Shown: piece after piece, positions 8,335-17,006 of the stretch | How positions within the stretch are numbered: position 1 is the stretch's first letter | How the letters are laid out: each line of letters opens with the position of its first letter | Assembly (NCBI GenBank): GCA_963707215.1 | Contig: CAVPPB010000003.1 | Span: 64,001 to 128,000, forward strand | From: an uncultured Chloroflexia bacterium | Lineage (GTDB): Bacteria; Chloroflexota; Limnocylindria; Limnocylindrales; CSP1-4 | DNA: 64,000 bases | Reading direction: 5' to 3' | Made by a program: the position numbers and the translations under genes | The notes under the pieces: generated by a model | The model's database searches: none | Told to the model about the DNA's origin: nothing | What the model saw: only the letters and a program-made list of their open reading frames with translations

Positions 8335-10677
8335 TCAGAGCTCGACGATCGTCGCCCCGTCGCCTCCCTCACCACGCTCGCCCGGCCGGACCGAGCGGAC
8401 CAGCGGGCTGGAAGCGGCTTCCGCCCGCACGGCGTCACGAAGCGCTCCCGTTCCAAGCCCATGGACGATGGTGACCCGGTCCAGCCCGGCCAGCGACGCG
8501 TCGTCCAGGTACCGGGCCAACGCCTCCAGGGCCTCCTCGACGCGCGCACCGCGAAGGTCGAGCGACGCGGCGATCGCCCGGGCGCGTCCCAGCTGGAGCG
8601 CGGTCGTGCTCCCGGCCGCGGCGGGCACCTCGCCAGCGGGTCTGGCGCCGGAGCTGGCTGGCTCGAGGTCATCGAGGGTCACCGAGACCCGCATCCCCGA
8701 CGCCTCGAGCGTGGCCCGACGGCCCCGCCGGTCGAGCGATGCGATCCGGCCCTCCCAGCCCCCGGACCGGCTCCGAGCATGCTCGCCCACGCGCCATGTC
8801 CGACGCACCGGAGGTGCCGGGCGCGGCGCCTCCTCGACGACGGGGAAACGAGCGAGGGCTTGCTCGGCTGCCTCGACCGCGGCGTCAAGGGCCGGGGCCG
8901 TGACGGTCTCGCGTTCGAGGATCCGCTGCGTCTGTCGTACTGCGTCGCGGACCTCGTCGAGCAGGCGCGCGGCTTCCTCCTGTGCGGCTTGGATCGCCTG
9001 GACGCGCTCCCGGCGGGCCCGCCGGCGCTCCTCCTCGGCGACACGACGCTCTTCGGTGGCGCGAGCTCGATCGGCTCGGGCTTGCTCCAGGGCCTCGGCG
9101 GTGGCGCCCTCGGCTTCGCGGATCGACGCCAGGGTCCGTTCGAATGCCTGCTGCGACTCGGTGAGCCTGGTCCGAGCGTCGCCCACGATCAGCGGATCGA
9201 GACCCAGCCGTTCGGCGATGGCGAAGGCCTGGCTCCCGCCCGGCAGGCCGATCGTCAGGTGGAAGGTGGGGCTGAGCGTCTCGAGGTCGAAGTCGACGGC
9301 CGCGTTCATCGCCCCCGGTGACGTGTGCGCGTAGGCTTTGAGCTCGGCATAGTGGGTGGTCGCCGCAACCAGGCTGCCAGACCGGATGAAGTGGTCGAGG
9401 AGCGCCTGGGCGAGGGCCGAGCCCTCGGTCGGGTCGGTCCCGGCGCCCAGCTCATCGAGGAGGACGAGAGTGTTGGGACCGGCCTCGCCCACGATGCGGA
9501 TGATCCGTCGAAGATGGCCGGAGAAGGTCGAGAGCGACTGCGCGATCGACTGCTCGTCACCGATGTCCGCGAAGACGTCCCGGAGGACGGGCAGTCGGCT
9601 CCCGGGATCCGCCGGGACGTGCAGGCCGGCCTGGTGCATGAGAGCCAGGAGGCCGATGGTCCTCAGGGTCACCGTCTTGCCACCGGTGTTCGGTCCGGTC
9701 ACCACCAGGGCGCTGAAGCCGTCACCAAGATGGACGTCGATCGGCACGACCCGCCCGACGAGCCCCGGATGCCGGGCGCCCAGCAGGATGATCTCGGTTC
9801 GCTCGGCGGTCGCGGCCCGAACCCCGTCCATCTCGGCGGAGAGCTTGGCCTTGGCAGACCAGAGATCGAAGCGCGCCAGCGTGTCGAGCGTCTCGCGGAG
9901 CAGGGTCCCGTTCGCGCCGACCAGGGCCGACAGCTCGTCCAGGATCCGCCCGACCTCCTCCTCCTCGGCGGCCGTCGCCTCGCGCCAGGCATTCCCGAGC
10001 TCGACGATGACGAGCGGCTCGATGAAGAGCGTCTGGCCACTGCCGGAAGCGTCATGGACGATGCCCTTCACCCGACTTCGAGCGTCCGAGCGGACCGGGA
10101 CGACATAGCGACCGTTCCTCATCGTGATGATCGGCTCCTGGAGCGAGCCGGCGATCTCGGAGTGCACGAGGGTGTCCAGGCGACGGCGGAGGCGGTCGTA
10201 GGCGACCCGGACCGCGCCGCGGAGAGCCCCCAGCCTGGGCGAGGCCGTGTCGAGCATGGCGCCGGCCGGATCGAAGCTCCGCGCGAGCGAGGCCCGGAGC
10301 GCCGGCAGGCCGTGCAGGTCGCGGGCGAGGTCACGCAGGAGGGGTCGCCGGTCGTCCGCCAGGGCCGTCTGCAGCTTGGCAGCAGCGTCGAGCGTCTCGA
10401 GGACCTCGACGAGGGCAGGGGGATCGAGACGCCCACCCCGGACGGCTCGGGCGACCCACGGCCCGATGTCATGGGCCGAGCCGATGCCGACCGTCGACCG
10501 TTCCTCGAGGAGCTGCCGGGCCTGGTCGGTCTCGTCGAGGCCACGGGTCACGATGACCGGATCGTCGCTGGGGAGCAGGGCCTCGGCCAGGCGACGACCC
10601 GGCTCGAACGACGTGGCCGCGGCAAGCCGTTCGCGGACCTGGGGGTACTCGAGGACCAGGAGGCTCCGATCGTCCAT
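8335..10677 (-). CDS. mutS2: Endonuclease MutS2 (Smr domain)
   Basis: G.VHD.S.SGQTLFIEP, Walker A GPNTGGKT, DIGDEQSI.QSLSTFS, DELG.GTDP.EG, Smr IVHG.GTGALR. Start placed at MDDRSL (10677). Confidence 0.94.
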   Translation of the reverse strand: MDDRSLLVLEYPQVRERLAAATSFEPGRRLAEALLPSDDPVIVTRGLDETDQARQLLEERSTVGIGSAHDIGPWVARAVRGGRLDPPALVEVLETLDAAAKLQTALADDRRPLLRDLARDLHGLPALRASLARSFDPAGAMLDTASPRLGALRGAVRVAYDRLRRRLDTLVHSEIAGSLQEPIITMRNGRYVVPVRSDARSRVKGIVHDASGSGQTLFIEPLVIVELGNAWREATAAEEEEVGRILDELSALVGANGTLLRETLDTLARFDLWSAKAKLSAEMDGVRAATAERTEIILLGARHPGLVGRVVPIDVHLGDGFSALVVTGPNTGGKTVTLRTIGLLALMHQAGLHVPADPGSRLPVLRDVFADIGDEQSIAQSLSTFSGHLRRIIRIVGEAGPNTLVLLDELGAGTDPTEGSALAQALLDHFIRSGSLVAATTHYAELKAYAHTSPGAMNAAVDFDLETLSPTFHLTIGLPGGSQAFAIAERLGLDPLIVGDARTRLTESQQAFERTLASIREAEGATAEALEQARADRARATEERRVAEEERRRARRERVQAIQAAQEEAARLLDEVRDAVRQTQRILERETVTAPALDAAVEAAEQALARFPVVEEAPRPAPPVRRTWRVGEHARSRSGGWEGRIASLDRRGRRATLEASGMRVSVTLDDLEPASSGARPAGEVPAAAGSTTALQLGRARAIAASLDLRGARVEEALEALARYLDDASLAGLDRVTIVHGLGTGALRDAVRAEAASSPLVRSVRPGERGEGGDGATIVEL

Positions 10678-11366
10678 CAGCTCGGACCGGCCGGCCGCGG
10701 GATCGACGACACCGACGGGTGGCCCTCGACGTACAGCCGCCATGGGACCTCGGTCCAGGGCGGTCCCGCATAGCCGATCCCGACCCGCGGCGCGGTCGCC
10801 ATCCGCCAGGAACCCGTGCTGCCCGCCTCCAGCCGTAGCGCCGAGGCCGGGTCGCAGAGATCCCGGCCACTGTCGGACCGGTCGATCGAGAAGGCCGCCG
10901 CCACGAGGCCCGGTCCGCTGGCCAGACGGTCGTCCGGCGTCCGGGCGAGACGCTCGGCCTCGCGTCGCGGAGCGACCCGCACCGACCGGCGTCGCTCAGC
11001 CGCCTCGAGTCGAGCCCGCCGCATCGCCTCGATGCCCTCGACCGGCGCGACGGCACGGACCAGGAGGGCCGCGGGGCGCCCCTCCGGCTCGGTCACGACG
11101 TTGAGACAGTCATGCATCCCGTAGACAAGATAGACGTAGGCGAGGCCCGGTGGACCGAACATGACGGCGTTGCGGGCCGTCCGACCGAACCGTGCGTGGG
11201 AGGCGCGATCGTCCTGACCGATGTAGGCCTCGACCTCCACGATCCGCCCGACCCTGCGTTGCCCTGTGCCGAGCGGATCGGCCTCGCGAACGAGGAGCGC
11301 CCCCAGGAGCGCTCTCGCCGCCGACAGGGTCGGGTCGGCGAGGAGCCGGCGCTCCAGCGTCGTCAG
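10677..11366 (-). CDS. mpg: DNA-3-methyladenine glycosylase (MPG/AAG family); start uncertain
   Basis: GRIVEVEAY, D.ASHA, MFGPPG.AYVY..YGMH.CLN, GPG and PRVGI motifs. No ATG/GTG/TTG near the conserved N-terminus; CTG 11366 or GTG 11477 are the options. Confidence 0.88.
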   Translation of the reverse strand: MTTLERRLLADPTLSAARALLGALLVREADPLGTGQRRVGRIVEVEAYIGQDDRASHARFGRTARNAVMFGPPGLAYVYLVYGMHDCLNVVTEPEGRPAALLVRAVAPVEGIEAMRRARLEAAERRRSVRVAPRREAERLARTPDDRLASGPGLVAAAFSIDRSDSGRDLCDPASALRLEAGSTGSWRMATAPRVGIGYAGPPWTEVPWRLYVEGHPSVSSIPRPAGPS

Positions 11367-11965
11367 GTGGACGGGGCGCTGGTCTCGTACAGGGCCCGGA
11401 CGTCCTCGGGGACGAGGGCTCCGACGAGGGCGAAGAAGACGGGCAGGAGCGTGTCTCGGAAGACGCTGGCGGTCCACGAGGGGTCGTATAGATCGAAGAT
11501 GTCCCGCAGGAAGGGCAGCTCGTTCGGTCCCTCGACGGCCCCGACCGGGAGGAGGAAGAACGAGTCAAGGATGACGATCATCGAGCCGACGAGGACGAGA
11601 CCCTGGAAGACCCCGATGAGACCCCCGATGATCTCGTCCACGGCGGTGGCCTTCTCGAACAGCGGCTGATGCTTGTAGAAGCTCTGGATGATGATCGAGA
11701 ACAGGATGGCGCTGAAGGCGAAGACGAACAGGTAGGCCAGCATCAGGCTGTACTGCTTGGGGAACTGGGTCCAACCCTGGGCAAGGAAGTTGCCCAGGGG
11801 GTCTCGCAGCTGGCCGGCGAGGAAGAACGAGAAGAGGATCGCGGCGAGGCCCAGGACTCGGCGGATCGAGCCCTGGGCGAAGCCCAGGACGAACATGCCG
11901 AAGAGGAACAGGAAGGCCGCGATGTCGAAGAGGTTCAGCGAGCTGAGGAAGCCCTCGATGTCCAC
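11363..11965 (-). CDS. cvpA: CvpA family membrane protein
   Basis: N.FD...LGF..G..R pattern, four TM segments, DEIIGGLIG..QG. GAGAGGA SD before GTG 11965. Confidence 0.8.
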   Translation of the reverse strand: MDIEGFLSSLNLFDIAAFLFLFGMFVLGFAQGSIRRVLGLAAILFSFFLAGQLRDPLGNFLAQGWTQFPKQYSLMLAYLFVFAFSAILFSIIIQSFYKHQPLFEKATAVDEIIGGLIGVFQGLVLVGSMIVILDSFFLLPVGAVEGPNELPFLRDIFDLYDPSWTASVFRDTLLPVFFALVGALVPEDVRALYETSAPST

Positions 11966-12101
11966 CGCGTCCTCTCTCCCTGGCACACGCTAGCGGCCCC
12001 CGGCGCCACGTCGATCGGGCCTCCGCACAGCGTAGCAGTGCGCTTCCGGGCGTAGCAACCGGTCCGGACGTCCCCGGAGCGGCGCCGACCGCCGACCTGG
12101 G

Positions 12102-14591
12102 TCAGGCCCGGACCGACCAGCCTCGGTCGTCGATGGCTCGCAGGATGGCGGCCATGCCCATCTCCACGTCATCCTCCGTCAGCGTCCGGTCCGCGGCACG
12201 GAACTCGAGGTGGATCGCGAGGCTCTTGTCGTCGTCCGGGAGCGGAGCCCCGCGATAGACATCGAAGAGGCGGTGGCCGACGAGCAGCTGGCCGGCCGCG
12301 TCCCGGACGAGTCCCATCGCCTCGGCAGCGGGCACGGCCTCGGGCACGACGATGGCGAGGTCTCGCTCGACCGCCGGATATCGCGGCGGGGCTGCAGCGA
12401 CGACAGGTCGCGGCTCGCCCTCGGTGAGTCCGCGAACGGCCAGTTCCGCGACGATGACCCGGTCGGTCCGCAGCCCCAGGCTGTCGATGGCTCCGGGGTG
12501 CAGCTCCCCCACCCGTCCGACCAGGTCGGCCGATCCGCCACCGCCGGACCACACACGAGCGGTCCGGCCCGGATGAAGGTCCGGGGCGTCCCCGATCGGG
12601 GCATAGACGACCGGGCCGAAGCCGAGCGCCCGGCCAAGCAGCTCCAGGAGACCCTTGGCATCGTCCAGGTCGACCTGCCGGGACTGGTCGGCCCAGAAGG
12701 CCGGCCGGGCCGCGCCGACGAGGGCCACTCCCAGGCGCCACCACTCCCGGATACCTGTCTCGTCCCTGCCGTAGCCCTTGCCGATCTCGAAGATCGCCAC
12801 GTCAGACCGTCCGTGCCGTAGGTTGGCGCCCACCGCCTCAAGGAGGCTGCCCATGAGCGAACGGCGCAGCACCGAGTGCTCGCGAGAGAGCGGGTTCGTC
12901 ACGACGATCCGCTCACCTCGGGCGACGATCTCGCCCTCCGGGGCAGCACCATCGTCGAGAGGCCCGAACCGCGCGTCCAGCCCCGGAGACACCAGGGCGT
13001 GGGTGACGACCTCCGTCAGACCCGCCCCGGCGAGCACCTCCCGCACGCGGTGTCGGACCGCCAGCGGGTCGGGCAGGTAGGACGGCATCGCCGTGTCCGG
13101 CGTCAGCGACGGAACGAGCTCGTAGCCGCGCACGCGGGCGACCTCCTCGGCGATGTCCGCCTCGATGACGATGTCGCGCCGCCACGTCGGGACGATGGCG
13201 ATCAGTGCCTCGCCGTCGGCGGCGGCCACGGAGAGCGGCTCCGGGACGGCGGCGACGGGGATGACGACGGTACCGGGGGCGGCCTCCGTCTCGATCCCGA
13301 CCCGGGCAAGGAGGGCCCGCTGCTCGTCCGCCGTCATCGAGGCGCCCAGGAGACGGTCCACGCGAGCGGGGCGGAAGGCGACGCGCGCCTCCGTCGGCTC
13401 ACCGGGCGAAGAATCCAGCCGGCCGGCGGCCACGGTCCCACCGGCCCACTCCCGGACCAGGCGAGCCGTCCGGTCGGCGCCGAGCCGGGCAAGTCGCGTC
13501 TCCTGGCCCTTCTCGAAACGAAGGCTGGCCTCGGAGCGTAGGGCGTAGCGGAAGGCCGTCCGGCGGATCGACACAGGATCGAAGATGGCCGACTCGACGA
13601 TGACGTCCCGGGTCTCCGGACCGACCTCCGAGGCGGCCCCGCCCATGACCCCGGCGATCGCCAGCGGCCCGGCTGGATCGGCGATGAGCAGCGTGTCAGG
13701 GGTCAGCTCGCGCTCGACGTGGTCGAGGGTCTCGAGACGCTCGCCGGGCCGGGCCAGCCGGACGAGGATGCGACCGTCGGCGACGGCCGCCGCATCGAAG
13801 GTGTGGATCGGCTTGCCCAGCTCGAGCATGACGTAGTTGGAGGCGTCGACGACGTTGCTGATCGGGCGCATCCCTGCGGCCATCAGGCGCATCTGGACCA
13901 GGTCGGGTGAGGGTCCGACCGACACCCCGAAGATCCGCCGCCCGACGAAGCGCGGGCACAATCCCGCGTCCACGACCTCGACAGCCAGACCGCGCTCGAC
14001 GGGCCCATCTCCCTCCTCGACCGTCGTGTCAGGCCACCGGAGCGGTGCCCCGGTGACGGCGCCGACCTCGCGGGCCAGGCCCACCAGGCAGAGGGCATCA
14101 CCGCGGTTCGGCTTCACGTCGATGTCGAGGACGATGTCGCCGTACAGGTCGACCAGCCGGGCACCGACCGGGGTCCCTGACGGCAGGACCAGGATCCCCT
14201 CCGCGTCGGAAGTGAGGCCGAGCTCGTCGCCCGAACAGAGCATGCCGTTGCTCACGACGCCCATCTTCTCGGTCCGCTCGATGGCCCGGTCACCGGGCAG
14301 GATGGCTCCCGGCAGGGCGACCGGCACCCGCTGGCCGGCCGCGATGTTGGTCGCCCCGCAGACGATGTCCAGCGCCTCTGCACCCACGGTCACCCGGGCC
14401 AGGGAGAGGCGGTCGGCGTTGGGGTGCGGACGGACCTCGAGCAGCTCGCCCACGACCACGGATCGCCAGTCGGCACCCCAGCGTTCGACGGACTGGACCT
14501 CCATCCCCAGCAGCGTGAGCCGCTCGGCGAGTCGCTCCGGTTCGAGCTCGACCTCGACGTACTCACGGAGCCAGGAGAGCGGAACCCTCAT
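12102..14591 (-). CDS. pheT: Phenylalanine--tRNA ligase beta subunit
   Basis: MRVPLSWLREY, HPNADRL, VCGA.N, PNRGD, RFEKG, D..EEVAR..GY and FDX-ACB C-terminus. Confidence 0.97.
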   Translation of the reverse strand: MRVPLSWLREYVEVELEPERLAERLTLLGMEVQSVERWGADWRSVVVGELLEVRPHPNADRLSLARVTVGAEALDIVCGATNIAAGQRVPVALPGAILPGDRAIERTEKMGVVSNGMLCSGDELGLTSDAEGILVLPSGTPVGARLVDLYGDIVLDIDVKPNRGDALCLVGLAREVGAVTGAPLRWPDTTVEEGDGPVERGLAVEVVDAGLCPRFVGRRIFGVSVGPSPDLVQMRLMAAGMRPISNVVDASNYVMLELGKPIHTFDAAAVADGRILVRLARPGERLETLDHVERELTPDTLLIADPAGPLAIAGVMGGAASEVGPETRDVIVESAIFDPVSIRRTAFRYALRSEASLRFEKGQETRLARLGADRTARLVREWAGGTVAAGRLDSSPGEPTEARVAFRPARVDRLLGASMTADEQRALLARVGIETEAAPGTVVIPVAAVPEPLSVAAADGEALIAIVPTWRRDIVIEADIAEEVARVRGYELVPSLTPDTAMPSYLPDPLAVRHRVREVLAGAGLTEVVTHALVSPGLDARFGPLDDGAAPEGEIVARGERIVVTNPLSREHSVLRRSLMGSLLEAVGANLRHGRSDVAIFEIGKGYGRDETGIREWWRLGVALVGAARPAFWADQSRQVDLDDAKGLLELLGRALGFGPVVYAPIGDAPDLHPGRTARVWSGGGGSADLVGRVGELHPGAIDSLGLRTDRVIVAELAVRGLTEGEPRPVVAAAPPRYPAVERDLAIVVPEAVPAAEAMGLVRDAAGQLLVGHRLFDVYRGAPLPDDDKSLAIHLEFRAADRTLTEDDVEMGMAAILRAIDDRGWSVRA

Positions 14592-15628
14592 CGGAACTGC
14601 TCCAGGAAGCGGAGGTCGTTCTCCAAGTAGAGCCGCAGGTCGCCGACGGCGTGGCGGAGGTTGGCGATCCGCTCGACGCCCATCCCGAAGGCAAAGCCCT
14701 GGTAGCGCTCCGGGTCGAGATCACCGTACCGGAGCACGACCGGATGGACCATCCCGGCCCCCAGGATCGTCATCCAGCCGGTGCGGCTGCAGGCAGGGCA
14801 GCCGACGCCGTCGCAGACGACGCACTCGACGTCGAAGGCGACCGACGGCTCGGTGAAGGGGTAGTAGCCAGGGCGGAACCGCGTCCGGCGCCCGGCGCCG
14901 AACATCGCGTGCGCGAATTCGTCGAGCAGGCCCTTGAGGTCTGCCAGGGTCGTCCCCTCGTCGATCATCAGGCCCTCGACCTGGAAGAACTCGAAGCCGT
15001 GGGATGCGTCGACCGCCTCGTACCGGAAGCAGCGGCCGGGCAGGAGCGCCCTGATGGGCGGTCGCTCCCGGTGCATGACCTCGATCTGGCCGGGCGAGGT
15101 GTGGGTGCGCAGCAGATGGCCGGGCACGTCGACGTAGAGAGTGTCCCAGAGGTCTCGGGCCGGATGGTCCGGCGGGATGTTGAGCATCTGGAAGTTGCGC
15201 AGGTCGTCCTCGACCTCGGGGCTTTCGAAGACCGTGAACCCGAACCGGCCGAAGACCTCGGCTATCGCCCGCATCGTCTCCATGACAGGATGGAGGGTCC
15301 CGCGGGCGACCGGGCGACCGGGGGTCGTGACATCGATCGCCTCCGTCGACAGCCGGGCCTCCAGCTCCCGAGCTCGCAGCGCGGAGCGCCGCTCCTCGAA
15401 GGCTGCCTCGATCGCCTCACGGATCTCGTTGGCAGCGGCCCCGACCACGGGCCGATCGTCCGGAGGCAGCGAACCGATCCCTCGGAGGATCTCGGTCAGG
15501 CGACCCTTCTTGCCGAGGTACTCGACGCCGGTCGCTTCGATCGTCGCGAGGTCGGTCGCCGCGTCGGCAGCGGCGGCGCCGTCGACGCGAAGTGCCTCGA
15601 GACGGGCGATCAGCTCCGAGCGGTCCAC
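14588..15628 (-). CDS. pheS: Phenylalanine--tRNA ligase alpha subunit
   Basis: YLGKKG, HPAR...DT, LLRTHTSPGQ, F.QVEG, YYPFTEPS, GFAFGMG.ER. Confidence 0.97.
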   Translation of the reverse strand: MDRSELIARLEALRVDGAAAADAATDLATIEATGVEYLGKKGRLTEILRGIGSLPPDDRPVVGAAANEIREAIEAAFEERRSALRARELEARLSTEAIDVTTPGRPVARGTLHPVMETMRAIAEVFGRFGFTVFESPEVEDDLRNFQMLNIPPDHPARDLWDTLYVDVPGHLLRTHTSPGQIEVMHRERPPIRALLPGRCFRYEAVDASHGFEFFQVEGLMIDEGTTLADLKGLLDEFAHAMFGAGRRTRFRPGYYPFTEPSVAFDVECVVCDGVGCPACSRTGWMTILGAGMVHPVVLRYGDLDPERYQGFAFGMGVERIANLRHAVGDLRLYLENDLRFLEQFR

Positions 15629-15659
15629 GTGTCTCCTTCACGGGTCCTCGGGCAGTCAG

Positions 15660-15684
15660 GAGCCCTCGACGGTGTCGAGGGCTC
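15660..15684. other. Perfect 11-bp inverted repeat between rplT and pheS (attenuator/processing hairpin candidate)
   Basis: GAGCCCTCGAC-GGT-GTCGAGGGCTC; no clear U-tract. Confidence 0.5.
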
Positions 15685-15717
15685 GTCGTGCCGCGGGCCC
15701 GGGTCGTCCCCGGCTCG

Positions 15718-16068
15718 TCAGGCGGAGCGAGCCACCTCCACGATCCGCCCGAACGTCGCCCCATCGCGAACGGCGAGATCGGCGAGGATCTTCCGATCGA
15801 TGGCCACGTCGGCACGGCGCAGGCCCGCAACCAGCTGGCCGTAGGTCATCCCGTGCTGCCTTGCGGCGGCATTGACCCGGATGATCCACAGCGAGCGCAT
15901 CTGCCGCTTGCGCTGCTTCCGATCGCGCGTGGCGTAGGCCATTGCGTGGAGTTGCGCCTCGCGAGCCGGCTTGACCAGCTTCGACCGCGTGCCACGTTTG
16001 CCCTCAGCCGCCTCGAGGAGCCGCTTGTGCCGCTTGTGCGCGGTGACGCCGCGCTTGACTCGGGTCAT
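15718..16068 (-). CDS. rplT: 50S ribosomal protein L20
   Basis: MTRVKRGV, YATRDRK.RKR..R.LWI.R.NAA, IDRKILADLA. Confidence 0.97.
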   Translation of the reverse strand: MTRVKRGVTAHKRHKRLLEAAEGKRGTRSKLVKPAREAQLHAMAYATRDRKQRKRQMRSLWIIRVNAAARQHGMTYGQLVAGLRRADVAIDRKILADLAVRDGATFGRIVEVARSA

Positions 16069-16080
16069 GGGCTGGGGCTC

Positions 16081-16278
16081 CTACAGGTACGGCAGCATCT
16101 TGCGGACCCGGCGGGCATCGGACGGATCCAGGATCGCCTTGCCCGCGTAGCGCCGGGTCCGGCGCGACGACTTGATCTCGAGATGGTGGCCACGCCAGGA
16201 CTTCACCCGGATGACCTTGCCGCTCCCGGTGACGCCGAGGCGCTTGGCGGCGGCCTTGTGGGTCTTCATCTTCGGCAC
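16081..16278 (-). CDS. rpmI: 50S ribosomal protein L35
   Basis: (V)PKMKTHKAAAKR...TGSGK...H.L..KSS; located between infC and rplT. Confidence 0.96.
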   Translation of the reverse strand: MPKMKTHKAAAKRLGVTGSGKVIRVKSWRGHHLEIKSSRRTRRYAGKAILDPSDARRVRKMLPYL

Positions 16279-16285
16279 GGTGTTG

Positions 16286-16909
16286 TCAGTCTCCCGCCGG
16301 AGGCGCCGCTGGGGCCTCGGGCTCGCTGGGTGGCGGGGCGGCCTCGGCGGCGCCTTCCTCGCGCCCCTTGGTGGCCCCGCCGGCCTCGTGTGTCTTCGGT
16401 TTGTGCGTCGAGGCGACGATGATGTGCATCGTCCGCCCCTCGAAGGTCGCGCCCCGCTCGACAGCCCCGTGCTCCTGGATCCGCTCGACGAAGCGATCGA
16501 GGAGCCGACGACCGATCTCCGGGTGGGTGAGCTCCCTGCCCCGGAACTGGACCGTGACCTTGATCCGGTCACCCTCTTCGAGGAACTCCGTCGCTCGATG
16601 GACCTTCGTCTCGAAGTCGCCGCTGCCGATCTTCGGCCGCAGGCGGACCTCCTTGAACTCGGCCGCCCGCGACCGGCGCTTCGCTTCCTTCTCCCGCTTG
16701 GCCAACTCGTACTTGTACTGGCCGTAGTCGAGGAAGCGGACGACCGGCGGCGACGACATCGGAGCGACCTCGACGAGGTCGTAGCCTCGCTCCTGCGCCA
16801 TCTCCATGGCCCGGGCCGTGGGCATGACACCCAACTGGCTCCCGTTCTCATCGACGACCCGCACCGTCGGGATACGGATCATCTGGTTGACGCGCAGGTC
16901 TCGACTGAT
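16286..16909 (-). CDS. infC: Translation initiation factor IF-3 (probable AUC start)
   Basis: RVNQMIR, DLVEVAP...PPV, DYG.YKYE, KEVRLRPKI, FRGRE..H. GAAGGGGT SD sits just upstream of ATC 16909. Confidence 0.95.
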   Translation of the reverse strand: MSRDLRVNQMIRIPTVRVVDENGSQLGVMPTARAMEMAQERGYDLVEVAPMSSPPVVRFLDYGQYKYELAKREKEAKRRSRAAEFKEVRLRPKIGSGDFETKVHRATEFLEEGDRIKVTVQFRGRELTHPEIGRRLLDRFVERIQEHGAVERGATFEGRTMHIIVASTHKPKTHEAGGATKGREEGAAEAAPPPSEPEAPAAPPAGD

Positions 16910-16980
16910 GGTTTGACCCCTTCGAGCGTGTTCCAGACTCACGGACGACCTCGGGCCTGCGGGCCCGTGACCGCCGCGGG

Positions 16981-16989
16981 ACTATAGCA
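16981..16989 (-). promoter_or_regulatory. Extended -10 promoter for infC-rpmI-rplT
   Basis: TG-C-TATAGT on the minus strand between the thrS stop and infC. Confidence 0.55.
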
Positions 16990-17006
16990 TGGCAGTGCCG
17001 GTCTCG

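Noticed and set aside
15629-15717. T-box upstream of pheS (also sought before tyrS and cysS)
   Set aside because: No UGGNACC bulge or AG/GNUG boxes, and the pheS gap is too short.
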